Shown piece after piece: positions 12,981-24,856 of a stretch of DNA of 64,000 nucleotides. Made by a program: the position numbers and the translations under genes. Source of the stretch: Camelus dromedarius (Eukaryota); assembly GCF_036321535.1 (NCBI RefSeq), contig NC_087436.1:102054001-102118000 (forward strand), read 5' to 3'. How positions within the stretch are numbered: position 1 is the stretch's first letter; each line of letters starts with the position of its first letter. A model generated the notes under the pieces. That model did not search any database. It saw only the letters and a list, made by a program, of their open reading frames with translations, and was not told the origin of the DNA.

Positions 12981-13014
12981 CTATTCCATTCCGTTCTATT
13001 CTGTTCCATTCCAT
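12981..13014. repeat. Degenerate (ATTCC/GTTCT)n pentamer repeat
   Basis: ctattccattccgttctattctgttccattccatt. Confidence 0.8.
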
Positions 13015-13209
13015 TGCTCCTCTTTGGTGTGATAACATTTTAAGAAATATTATTGAAAAGATTAGATAAGAAATTTTTAGTATTATGAAGAATGATGTGG
13101 GGGGTTTCTCATTAAAGTATTAAAAATTGGCTCCAATTTTAAATGTAATACATAAAATTCAAGTGTTTCTTAGCTTTTTGTTTTTAATAAAGGAAGCATG
13201 ATCCCATAT

Positions 13210-13653
13210 CCTAGCATTACATGTAGTTCCCTCATCAGTGATATCTCTTAGTTCTCCACATTATGACATAACTATGGCTTTAATTGTTAGTTATCTTTTC
13301 TTGTGCCTGTTCTAAAGACTTCCCTCAACAAGATTGCCTTAGTGGACAAGGGTTAGGTTTGGTTTGTTTTCTAAACCCACAAATGTTAAGAGAGATACTT
13401 TTCCAGAGAAGGAATATGGATTTGGAAATATTTGGATTATTTTTCCTTAAGGAAGTCCAGCTATACATGATCTAGATATCTAGAATTAAATTAGTACATG
13501 AGCCATATACATAAATCAAGAACTTTCCTCTTTATTATCTAAAAATATTTAGAAGCAATAAATTTCTCTAGTAAATAACCCATATAACATTTCACCAGTA
13601 AATTGACCATAATCTGTTCCATGCATTGGACAATCAAAGCCCAACGTAAATAT
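13210..13653 (-). pseudogene. Three exon remnants (13580-13653, 13399-13479, 13210-13337)
   Basis: Phase-2 junctions match: IFTLGFDCPMHGTDYGQFTGEMLY(G) / YLDHV*LDFLKEK*SKYFQIHIPSLE(K) / QSC*GKSLEQAQEKITNN*SHSYV. The last resembles the RGS alpha7-8 F..AQ..I...L..SY motif. Confidence 0.7.
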
Positions 13654-14629
13654 CTGCAGTATCAACATAATGATGAAAATTAATTTCATCTCTAAATCCC
13701 AGGCAGGCAACAGTACTGTATTATTGTATAACTTGTCTGATCTAACTTGAGAGATGGATAAATTAATTTGAAAAATAACTTGGCTGAGTATATTATTGGC
13801 TACCTGCCCTTTTTAAATGGTCCCCAACAATGTTTTTGTGGAAATTCTGTTAACTAGTGTGCATTAAATTTAATGCACTTAAGTCCTGAAGACTTTCAGC
13901 TGGTTTAATAATGCAGATTAAAACACTACAGTACTACACATATAACATTAATAAATCTTTAATAATTATGTCTTGTGCCTGCTTGCGATTTGACTTTCTT
14001 TAAAGAAGTGCATATGGGTGGATAGACATCTAATATTAAACTTTGCCAAATTCTATCATCCCCAATGGATACATTACACAGATGTGTGTTGCATTCATAC
14101 CTTTATTTATATTGGCATTATGAAATTAAAAATACAAACAAACATTATACAATTATTTTTATTTATAATACTTAAACTAAATACAATCAGTTAATCACAT
14201 TGTTAGATCAACTTTTTTAACATTTATCATCTGCAGGATAAGTGTGACATATATAGCCATATATAATGTAATCATATTAAAGAGAAAGCATGTCAAGTTT
14301 TAATGAAATTAAATGCTGGATTATCACATCTGGTCCCTATGATTAATAATAGTGCATAAGAGGAAAGATAACTCAGTAATACTGCACGTTGATATTAATA
14401 AAAACAATTTAAGGCAAAGCACGCTAAGTATGGAAGGGAGCAAATATCTAAATTTCTTTCAACTGTATTATTTCAAGTCTATTTTTATCCCCCCCAAAAA
14501 AGGACACCGGAATTGGAAAGTGGACAAGAAAATATTAACAGGGGCAAATACTCATGAAAAAAAGAGCAGTTAACTAACGTCAGAGTCAAAAATGTTCACC
14601 TAAACTTTTAGGTGAATATAAAATTAGGA

Positions 14630-14887
14630 ACACATTATTTACCTTACTCCATTTATTCCAAGTATGTATCAGGCAATGTGCTAAGAAATTAATCTCATTG
14701 AGGAAAAAGACACATTAGCAAATTTTGATATGGGTAGAACGAATGCTTGGGAGTCAAGAAACTACCAGAGAAAAGCTTAAACCATTCTAGAAATGGGAGG
14801 AGGAAAATAGAAAATATGCTCAAGAAAGGTTAGATATGAAGCATTGAACAGAACTTAGCCAACAAAAAAGGAAGGAGAAAGTCATTT

Positions 14888-14919
<32 letters not shown>

Positions 14920-15200
14920 GGAAAAAGGACATGAAAGTTACGGATATAAGAAAAGCAGAGTGAGTTCAGGAATTTCAATTAATTCAATATGATTGAAGGT
15001 CATCATGTTTAAGAATGAGTAGTGGAATTAAACGAGATAAGTAGAAAAAGTTCAGTTCAGATAGGACTTTGAAGTTTATCCTAGAAGCATTAAAGGGCCA
15101 TTTTAGTTGTTGAATACAGGAAGTAAATAATCAGAATTACAGATAGGACTCAAACATTATTAAAATGTTTAGGAGAAAATCAGCCTGAAGAGAGAGCAAA
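14630..15200 (-). mobile_element. Degenerate L2 fragment containing a poly-A tract (about 14892-14919)
   Basis: atttattccaagtatgtatcaggcaatgtgctaag...ggactttgaagtttatcctagaagcattaaagggccatt. Confidence 0.5.
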
Positions 15201-15422
15201 TCTGACACTGTTGCACTAAATTCTGGTATTCAGAATGTCATTCACAGTAGAATTATTTACCTATAAGATTCTCAGCATGAAAGGTTCTGTTAAATACCAC
15301 ATATTTTATAGTACTCTTGGAAATTCACAAAATATTCTTAAAGATCCTACAAATAAGAAATTTATCTGTTTAATGTACTTCCCAATCTTTACTTTTTTTT
15401 TCTTTTTTCTTTTGTTATTTTT

Positions 15423-15427
15423 GTGTA

Positions 15428-15464
<37 letters not shown>

Positions 15465-16315
15465 AACAGATGCACAGTCAGTTTACAATGTTGGGTCAAA
15501 TTCTGGTATACAACATTAATGCTTCAGTCATACATGAACATATATATATTCATTTTCATATTCTTTTTCACCGTAAGTTACTATAAGATATTGAATATAT
15601 TTCCCTGTGCTATACAGTATGAACTTGTTGTTTATCTATTTTATATATAGTAGTTAGCATCTGCATGTCTCCAACTCCCAATTTATCCCTTTCCACTCCC
15701 TTTCCCCCCATTAATCATAAGTTTGTTTTCTAGGTCTGTGAGTCTGTTTCTGTTTTATAAATTAGTTCATTTGTCTTTTTTATTTTTAGATTCCACATAT
15801 AAGTGATATCATAAGCTATTTTTCTTTCTTTTTCTTGCTTACTTCTCTTAGTATGACAATCTCCAGGTCCAGCCATGTTGCTGCAAATGGCATCATTTTA
15901 TTATTTTTATGGCTGACTAGTATTCCATTGTATATCACTTCACACCAGTCAGAATGGCCATCATTCAAAAGTCCACAAAAAATAAATGCTGGAGAAGATG
16001 TGGAGAAAAGGGAACTCTCCTACACTGTTGGTGGGAATGTAGTTTGGTGCAGCCATTATGGAAAACAGTATGGAGATTCCTCAAAAGACTAAAAATAGAC
16101 TCACCATATGATCCAGCAATCCCACACCTGGGCATATATCCAGAGGGAACCTTAAATCAAAAAGATACACACACCCCAATGTTCATAGCAGCACTATTTA
16201 CAATAGCCAAGGCATGGAAACAACTTAAATGTCCTTTGACAGATGACTGGATAAAGAAGCTGTGGTATATTTACACAATGGAATACAACTCAGCCATAAA
16301 AATTATAAAATAATG
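15423..16315 (-). mobile_element. L1 with 5' inversion (twin priming): minus-strand 3' end 15423-15932, inverted plus-strand ORF2 piece 15933-16315
   Basis: Orientation switches at tattccattgta|tatcacttcacacc. Perfect 14-bp TSD cttttgttattttt at 15409-15422 and 16316-16329; TT/AAAA target site. Confidence 0.95.
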
Positions 16316-16439
16316 CTTTTGTTATTTTTAACAAGAAATAAGATAGAACCCTGATTCCCCCTGAGCTACAAAATTGTATCTCTAAACATCTACTGCTCAT
16401 ATCCATGTGGATGTTACTCATGCTCCATGCATTGTAAAT

Positions 16440-17066
16440 GTGCAAATGGAAAACATGTTTTTAGGATGAAAGATCATCTCACTCCACCATTACAAATTAT
16501 CTAATGGCTTCTCATCTTACTCCTCTAAAAATGAAAGACCTTAGCCAAGTGAACAAGGACCATAAGATCTCAAAAGCTAATGCCTTTCTGATCTCAACTT
16601 CTCTTAGTTCTTTTCTCTCTCCCCTAAACTACTTTCTCTTCCACTTACTTCCCTTCAGCCACACTAAACATGTAGCTGTACTTTTACCCCTTCTGGCTCA
16701 GATTTCCACTTGCTGTGTGTCTTCTCTGCAATGTTGTGGGTGTTAAAATCACTGCATGGCCCACTCCTCTATATCATCAGATTGTTCACTTTATCAAGAA
16801 TGTTTTTCTCAGCCACTCTTTGTAAACTTGCACTCCTCCTCCCAGGCTGAAGAATTCTTTACCTTTCTTTATTGTTATTTCTCCTAATAACCAACAGACA
16901 CACTATATGCTATGTATATTTTAACCAACAACCTTTTCTGAATTGATTGTAAAGTAAGCTCGTTGAGGGCAGTTTAGTCTCTTCGTGCAATGTTACACAG
17001 CCTTGACACCTAGAGCAATGTCTGGCTTATAAAAAATGTTCAAAATATTTGTTGACTCAATTAATA
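16440..17066 (+). mobile_element. L2 3' fragment
   Basis: Ends gtaagctcgttgagggcag...cacctagagcaatgtctggcttataaaaaatgttcaaaatatttgttga. Confidence 0.7.
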
Positions 17067-17149
17067 TATAAATATAATTTGAGTAAGGGACATACAAAGC
17101 TTTTACTCCAATAAATGTGAAACAGTTTAATCCCTGAAGAGATTTACTG

Positions 17150-18560
17150 GAAAGAAAAAAAACCCACAAGGTTTTATTTTATCAATAAGGAACTCAGAAT
17201 AAAGAATAAAGCTGGTAAAGTTAAAAAAAGATCTGTGAACCTATTGTTGAACCTACATGATCATTTACCTTAAAAAAAAAAATAGAGATAGAGATTCATT
17301 ATGTTGGTGTCAAAAACAAGGTTAACTGAAGTAGTAAAGTATAAGAGAAAAGTAATTCAGGTTCCTTTCATGTGGCAGAATAATCGAGATATTGGTTACC
17401 TTTGTGTTTAAATGGAATATATAACTTCCAAGCAGGAAGAAAACGAAATACAATTAAAAAATTCAACTAATTCAACTAAATTCAGCATATAGTAAAAATA
17501 ACATAAATAAACAGTGAGTTAAAAGGTATGTTTGAGAAAAGCATCCCAACTTTTAGTAATCATAACTAATTTACTATACAAAGTTATCCTAAACATCCTA
17601 GCCAATAGAATTAAAATATAAACAATAAGAAGAAAAATCACTAGGTTTGGGGAAAAAAGAGACAACATTATTGTTATTTGCAGAAAATGCAACTCTGTAT
17701 ATAAAAATTCAAATGACTATATCAGTAAATGCTTGAAAACAGAGTTCCACAAAGTTGATTGAATAAAAAGAAAATCCATAGAAACAAAAAACAATAGCAT
17801 TTATTTACATCAGCTATGAAAATGGTATATATAGTATGATAAAAGATGTGACTATAATTGTCCCCAAATATTACTTATATATAAATCTAACAAAATAATT
17901 TCAAAATTGTATTGAAGGAACTATAATTGGTCATGAATAAACAAACCATATTATATTCAGGGATGGACTCCATACTTTAAAAAAAATCAGTTCTTTCATA
18001 AATTCAGTGCCATTTCAATCAAAATTCTAAGAGACATTTTTCATACAACTCAATAAAGTTTCTGGAAACTGCATGCTTATTTAATATCCAGTAAGCTTGT
18101 AAATAGGAAAACAAGAATAGAAGATTGATATACAATGTATCAGAATTCTTTATAAAGAGATACTAAATTCAATAGGATGAGAGGAGTAATCTCTTTCTCA
18201 CACACACACATATACGTGTGTATGTACATATGTACATGCACACACTTATTCATCTACATTACTATTAGGAAACTATAAAAGAGAACACTCTTCGTAATTG
18301 TGGGTAGGAAACACACACACACATACACACATACATATATGTATGGCACAAATAAGAAAAATTTACATTAAATGATTGAAAGAAAAGGGATCTTCAAATT
18401 TACCAAATTTGTATCCTGTATCTTTAATGTGAAAAACTGGGGTACACAAGTGTTATTATATTATTTCCTATGCTTTTATAAATTTGTATTATTCTTAAAT
18501 AAAACAAAAATAAAATGAATCAATGACTAAATATTCAATGTATGAAAAATCCAAAATAAG
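17150..18560 (+). mobile_element. Old degenerate L1 fragments
   Basis: A-rich L1 ORF2 and 3' UTR-like text (ttatttgcagaaaatgcaactctgtatataaaaa; ggggtacacaagtgttattatattatt). Confidence 0.6.
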
Positions 18561-18609
18561 AAAGAAAACATATAAGCAACCACAAAGACCTCCATGATTT
18601 ATTCTAGAC

Positions 18610-19132
18610 CTATTTTTTCAATTTTATTTTCATCATCATGTAATCTTGCTACCTCTGTTCAGAAATTTTGACAATGCTTTGCTCAGCTATTTACCATTTT
18701 ACCGCCACATTCCACACAACTGCATTTGCCTGAAAGTATGTACGTGTGTGCATATACATATAAAATGACTTTTGAAGGTTTTTAATAAATGTGATTCTCA
18801 TACAAAAATAAAATATCATATTTAACTCATTAATTAATACAATATAGTAAACTGTATAATTCTATGACCAGTTCAAAGAGCATTTGAGAAGATATTTTGC
18901 AGCAATAAATAAAGAAATGTTAAGATGAATTTGCTGAGTTAGGTACAAAATTGGTCATGTTTTGCAGAGTAGTAATCCTCTAGAGTTATCTATAGCATAA
19001 TTATGTGCATGTCTTCTAAACATAAATTTACAAATTACCCAGTAAATTCACTGTTTGGAGTATTTCGTCAATAATAAATGATAAATTGATCTAAGTGTAT
19101 CTTCCTAGCTAATCACCAGGTTGTCTTTGCCT
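18610..19132 (-). pseudogene. Three exon remnants (19039-19132, 18869-18979, 18610-18729)
   Basis: Phase-2 junctions match: AKTTW*LARKIHLDQFIIYY*RNTPNSEFT(G) / GLLLCKT*PILYLTQQIHLNISLFIAAKYLLKCSLN(W) / QMQLCGMWR*NGK*LSKALSKFLN-fs-EVARLHDDENKIEKI. Confidence 0.65.
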
Positions 19133-19666
19133 CTGTGACATTGACAGACAGGGATGCTGACTTTTTGTCTTATTTCCATTGTATATAATGATTCTGAGAG
19201 TATATCCCTTCCTTTGAATATACACACACACATTTTCTTATTCATAAAACACCTTTACATTGTGCTGACTCTTCCTCTTAAAGTGAGGAACATATTAACC
19301 CCTAAAATATGATAACATCTTTGTTCATATTGATATTGTTTTTTCATGCATTTTCCTTATTTAAGTTTATGTTTCATTTTTCTTTCCCTCTAATATAAGT
19401 TCTGTGAAGGAAAAAAACAGACAAGTCATATTAATATCCCATTTCTCCAGGCATGATACAATGCACATATTTTACATTCAGTGAATGAAACTACTTTGCT
19501 GTCATTTAAAAAGATTTTTTGAACATGATGTAATGTTTTCATCATCTGTTGGAAACAATTAAAAAATTTATCAATGAATCTTTGCATTCTCAGAAGAAAA
19601 TTAACAAAGGTTACTTTTTATATCAATTTTAATTCCTTTCAATGTTCTCTAATATACATATATTAC

Positions 19667-19905
19667 TATTTAGTGTTTGATTTTTATTCATGAGAAAATT
19701 TGGGATTCAAAATAGATTATTTTTTCTTTTTATATTCTCCTTCATTGTAGGTTAATACAGAATACTAAACATACTTCCTTCTGTTATATAGAAGACCTTG
19801 TTGTTTATCTGTTTTATATATAGTAGTCTGTATCTCAAAATAGATTTTAAATATCTTCCATAGACAATATTTTAGAACTTGTTATTATGATCAGACTCCC
19901 TGCAT
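19667..19905 (-). pseudogene. Exon remnant interrupted by a small L1 insertion
   Basis: gatttgttttgcag acceptor. After removing the L1 (19719-19834) and one TSD copy: AGSLIIITSSKILSMEDI*NLF*IPNFLMNKNQTLN|gtaata. Confidence 0.55.
19719..19834 (-). mobile_element. 116-bp L1 3' UTR fragment with 12-bp TSD
   Basis: Matches the local L1 3' UTR (actactatatataaaacagataaacaacaaggtc); TSD tcaaaatagatt at 19707-19718 and 19835-19846. Confidence 0.9.
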
Positions 19906-20491
19906 CTGCAAAACAAATCAGAAACTACAAGTAAATATACTGAATACCTTATAATTCACTTTTGAATAGAATATGTGTTTAGCAAAGAAACTCTCTTGTC
20001 AAAAGTAGCCATGTATTTTCTGAAGTTACTTCAAGTACAGCTTTTGTTGTTATATACCAGAAAGTTTACTCTGATTGCAAACTGATATGACTAGAAAAGT
20101 CTAGACTTTATTGGCACTCCTGTAAAATGGGGAAAGAGTTTTTCAGACTTAATGAAATTCAGCATTTTAAGAAAATGAATTGTTCAACTTTAAAATGTAT
20201 AAAAAATATTTTGGTAGAAAATAAATCAACTGACTATAAACACTTCACCATTGAATTACAATAATATAGCAGTATAACAGACTCTTTCAGACATTAAAAA
20301 TAAACAGTCAAACAAAATATATCATCCTTTAGAATGTATAACATATGGCTTAAAAGTATATATAAATATACATGTATATGTATTATCTATATAATATCCA
20401 GAGACCTATAACAATAGTAGTAATGGAATTAGAGACACTAGTGATTAGTTAATTTCAAATTGGAATAATGGGACTCTATCACACTACTCGC

Positions 20492-21036
20492 ATCTAATTC
20501 TGGCAACAAAATTAGATGAAATATCATGAAGATGGCATTGTTTAGAAAATTGTGCATGAAGAAGGCATTTTTCCTACTCTTTCCTTTGAACATTAACCAA
20601 GCCCAAAGAAGCCAAGAAATCTATCATTTTGACATCACCATTGACAAAGAAATAGTTCTTAACATTTTTTTTATAATAAATCTCCTGGAAATGCTGATAA
20701 AAAACATCGATTCTTGGACTTAGAAATTCCCAGGCACACAATTTTGAGCAAATTTTAGGTTGTGCCGTTCCCTCAATTAAAAAAGTCTGATTGAAACAAT
20801 TTTGACAGTAATTCAGTTTTTGTACTAGATAATAGATAAACAAACGTTGCCAGATTTCAGCAGTGGTTATACATTTGCGTTGGGCTCAGAGGCCACCCTT
20901 TTTTTCCTGCTTGTCTGTATTTCCTCCCTTCTCTATAACGACTGTGGTTATTATAATAGTTCTGCTTTATCGGATTTACTCCTTCATCAACAAAAATACT
21001 CAGTTCAAAGCAAATTAGATCTTCCAGGATGGTCAC
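20492..21036 (-). pseudogene. Large exon remnant (contains track ORF 20574-20843)
   Basis: A phase-2 start runs into the long frame AQRKCITTAEIWQRLFIYYLVQKL...FYQHFQEIYYKKNVKNYFFVNGDVKMIDFLASLGLV. It ends at gcgagt, a likely GT>GC mutation of gtgagt. Confidence 0.65.
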
Positions 21037-21146
21037 CTATTTATTTGAAACTGAGAACTTTTTTTTTACATTTTCCAAATTTTAAAGCAAGAATGAGTAA
21101 TGTCAATAACTCTAGTCAGATACTTGAACCCTCTGACAATGAATAC

Positions 21147-21196
21147 CTATTTTGCACTTCTTCCTATTTTAAAGTCACACCCGCAGTTTCTACTCC
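21147..21196 (-). pseudogene. Exon remnant
   Basis: gtcttag|GVETAGVTLK*EEVQN|gtattc; 50 nt, phase 0 to 2, compatible with both neighbours. Confidence 0.6.
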
Positions 21197-21952
21197 CTAA
21201 GACTGAGCCACATCCAGAGCTCCCCTAAGTAAGGGAAGATCTTTCATTTATCACACTTGGAACCAAAGACGCCTTTTGTGATTCTTACCCAGAAAGATTT
21301 CTCATATTCCATGACTCTCTTTATAATATACATTTAAAATGTCTCATTATCATATTATCTGCATAATTTAATCATCCAATAAAGATTTGTTAAATTTCTA
21401 CTCTGCCAGGTCTGGAGATGTATATAAAGGTGAGCAAAACAGACTCACATTTGTCTCTGTTCTTATGGAGGTAAAGATTAGCAAGAGCATGCATTAAAGA
21501 AGTAATTAACTGTTGCCTTGGAGTAGTAACTATAATCAGAATCTAACACTTAGTTGGAGATGGGGACAATAAGAAGGAAGTATCTACCTTGTGAGCAATA
21601 ATGATGAAAAGAGCTAATGAGTGCCTGACATCTAGCGAGAGCTCAATAAATATTAGTTGCCAAGTTCTCATCCTTGTAATACCACCTTCTCATAAAAAAG
21701 GCTTTGGGATTTTAAAACAAATGCAGATAAACCCAGAATAAGAAGGAAATTTTCTTGAAGAAATGACATTAAAGAAATGACACTGTAGGTAGAATAGGAG
21801 TTAGACAGTCACTTTAAAATATTTCAGGCTGAAGCTTATTTTCCATAATGAGGGCTTCCTAAATTGTATAAGTTACAGACATTTTAAAACCTGTAAATCA
21901 TCCTGTTTTGACTGTTTGTTGCTGTTACACCCTTTCTAACACTGTCACTTAC

Positions 21953-22047
21953 CAAAGTTTGGGACAGATTTTATTTACGTGAATCATTTTCCCAATCTTC
22001 ACCAGGACTTCTTGATGAAAGGCAGTTCCATGAAGTTATAGAAGAAA
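21953..22047 (-). pseudogene. Exon remnant
   Basis: Strong sites ccttgtttcccag| and |gtaagtg; 95 nt, phase 1 to 0: SSITSWNCLSSRSPGEDWENDSRK*NLSQTL. Confidence 0.7.
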
Positions 22048-22208
22048 CTGGGAAACAAGGTAAAGATACCACTGCTAAGAGCCTCAAGATCTCGCTTTAA
22101 CACTCCCTTTGAAATTGTTTACATTTAATTAAGCCGGAGAGCTTTTGTTCTTTACAAAGAAACAACAACAATAAAAAAAGATGAGCTCTAGTTCCTCAGT
22201 CATATCCT

Positions 22209-22818
22209 GGGTACAGAGAATCACTGGGATCCTTTTGTGATATGTTTTATTTCAGCAATTTCAACAATAGAAAATAATACCAAAGAAAATTTGCTCCAAA
22301 TGAAGTTTAACAAGCAAGAAAGGTTTTATTCAAGAGTCTTGCAATAGAGGTCAAGACTACTGCAATAGAGGAGAGAGACTGAACTCAACTTTATTAATGC
22401 AAAAGGAAGGAGAGTTTTTAAGCATGAGGGTAAGTGGGTGGAAAAGTACCAGGGGGCATTAAAGGAAGGGTTGGTCAATGTGATTAGACCCTGTGTGATG
22501 GCAAAGTTGTACTTAAAACTGGAAGATAGGAGCCTTATCTTTCCTGATGATTACATTTTCAAAGGGAAGGCCCCTGGGTCCTTAAGAAAAACAGAACTGG
22601 CAAATGGGTGGGAGAAGATTTACATCTCAAAGGAGCAAAGAAAGAAATTTCCAATTGTAAATCTTCTAAAGCAAATGCCTAAGAAAAGGGAGGTTAGGGG
22701 CTAACATTCAGGAAGAAACCTGTCTTAAGTTTAGTCAAGCTGAGAAGAATGTTAAGGTTGTCTTGGTCAGCAAGCAGCTTGGAAAATACATACAATATTT
22801 GGAGTTTTGCCTTTGATA
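22209..22818 (-). pseudogene. Exon remnant split by a solo LTR
   Basis: tgttgtttag acceptor at 22818. Removing the LTR (22278-22769) plus 4 bp gives one continuous frame: IKGKTPNIVCIFQAACFLLLKLLK*NISQKDPSDSLYP. Confidence 0.5.
22278..22769 (-). mobile_element. ERV1-type solo LTR (MER67/MER31-like)
   Basis: Minus strand starts TGACCAAGACAACCTTAACATTCTTCTCAGCTTGACTAAACTTAAGACAGGTTTCTTCCTGA, with an AATAAA near the other end. Confidence 0.75.
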
Positions 22819-23185
22819 CTAAACAACATAGTAATAAATACTGACAAATGCTTCTTGCAAGAGGCAGAATTAGGGGTTAGGAAATAAATTTGGATACAGT
22901 TATGAAGAGTTGAAATCGTTTGTGATTTATATTGCTAAAATTATTAAATTAAAATACATTAGAATGGATTATTGAGAGGTTTTGCTTGGGAGTGAGAAAA
23001 AAGATAGTTAAGGGGACAAAGGCTGTCAGAAAAAAACTAGCTTTTAATACAACAGGCAGTGAGAACAACCAAAAAGTTCATTAATTACTATTTTATGCTC
23101 AGAAATTCAATGGAATTTCAGTACTGCTATATTTAAACATGACAATCTCTTTCCCTTATATTGATGGTGTGTTAATTAGAAATAC

Positions 23186-23382
23186 TTGGGTCCAGGCTTT
23201 GTTAGAGCTGGAGTCAAAACTCTTGAGCCTGGTGGACAATTTTAAGATTCAGCCTCACTTTGACACATGTAAAAGCACATATACTGGCTTTAAGTTCTTT
23301 GAAATGAAGTCAAGATCATTCTATTAATAGAAAGGTACTTCCACAGGTCTTCAAAGATCTGTCTTCAGAGATTCAACTGCAA
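23186..23382 (-). pseudogene. Two exon remnants (23339-23382 and about 23186-23266)
   Basis: ttttattag|..AVESLKTDL*RPVE|gtacct; second segment KVRLNLKIVHQAQEF*LQL*QSLDP|gtattt. Confidence 0.45.
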
Positions 23383-23593
23383 CTAATAAAATAAAGCCAA
23401 GAGAGGACATAGAGAAGAGGACTTAAAGTGTGTCCTCAGAGTATGTTCTATTTGACATGATTACAGGTCTTTAATTTTCTCAAATTACATTTTTTTTCCA
23501 AAAAGAAATGATTTAGAGATCAAAAATTAAAATATTTATTGGAAAGCTGTTAATACTGAATATAACTTTACTTTTAAAGTATAAGAATTGCAC

Positions 23594-23960
23594 CCAGTAG
23601 ATTTTGACTATCATGAAAATAAATGCTAAGCCCTATAGTAAAAGAATCTTGATGAAGCACTGCCATCTTTTGGTTGTGTAAATTAAGGATATCGAAACTA
23701 TAGAGAAGTTAAATATCCAAAAACATGAAATATACACCTCAAATGTTCAGAAGTTAAGGTGTTCATAAATGGCAAAGAAAAGAGATGATAAAAGTTGGAT
23801 TTTAGCCAATAAAAAGCACAAATATCAGCAACAGGATTCTCCAAGGAAAATGACTGAACTACCAATTTCAAATCTGTAGATGTGGGTAGAAAATAAGATA
23901 CAGCTAATGTTACTTAGAAATCGTGTTGCTTGATTCTTATGCTCCTGATGAGGTAAGTTA
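23594..23960 (-). pseudogene. Cluster of exon remnants (23914-23960, 23738-23873, 23594-23697)
   Basis: Three stop-free, phase-compatible segments: NLPHQEHKNQATRFL; LKLVVQSFSLENPVADICAFYWLKSNFYHLFSLPFMNTLTSEHL; FDILNLHNQKMAVLHQDSFTIGLSIYFHDSQNLL. The gaps are only 40 nt, so internal boundaries are uncertain. Confidence 0.55.
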
Positions 23961-24375
23961 CTTATGATTGAAAACAGCATTTTAAATATCATAGCAATTA
24001 AAATCTGTGATCTGAAAGTAGATGTGTGATGCATGTGTAATGAAGAATAATTACTCAGAAATTATCAAGTTTTTGAAGACAAATTAGTGGTGTAAAAATT
24101 AACCGATAATAATATTTTTAAACAATTATTAAATTCAGGTTATGTTTGCAATGCAGGTTATAAGTCTAATGACAACTTTTAATATCCACATTTTTCATTT
24201 TTTCCAATTGACAAGGTAGAATAATTAAGCATTCTGTTACTCCAGAATTTGCTATTGTTTTCAGTATTTCAATTAAGCTTTTATGAGAACAATGATTAGA
24301 AAGCTTAAGTTTCTTGTTAAATCATAATGGTAAGCATATAGCAACATTACATCTATATTTGAGAAATCAAGGTGC

Positions 24376-24449
24376 CTTTCTATTAGAGCTTATAGTTACA
24401 AGAAAGCCGATCTAAGCAGATTGCTTATTCTATTCTAACTGAACCTTCC
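24376..24449 (-). pseudogene. Exon remnant
   Basis: ttgcatag acceptor, GC donor, 74 nt, phase 0 to 2: GRFS*NRISNLLRSAFL*L*ALIE. Phases fit both neighbours. Confidence 0.4.
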
Positions 24450-24856
24450 CTATGCAAATTAATTGGCAACACAGAGCATGACAATTAAATACTTTATATT
24501 ATACACTTAATTGGTTATAAGTAATAAATAATATAAAGCGAGGGTTTGCTGAGAAATGATCTAGAATATATGGTTACTGGTATATATAGTAGTCATGCTT
24601 CTAAGACATTTTATGTAATATTTATTATTTCAATGATTTTAATGAGAATATAAATTAAAATTTCTATAATATATATTTTTAAAGTAGAGTAAAATATAAA
24701 TGATAATTATTTTTTAAAGAGAGATAAATCTAGTCCAATCGGAAACCAAAACTTATTTTTGTGATGTTTTAACATTACAATCTGTAGTTTGGGAAAGTTT
24801 TTTTTTTAAACTTTCACAATTATAAATATATTTTTCTCTTAAAAGTCCTTCCTTAC

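Noticed and set aside
22438..22704. 88-aa plus-strand ORF
   Set aside because: Lies entirely within the solo LTR.
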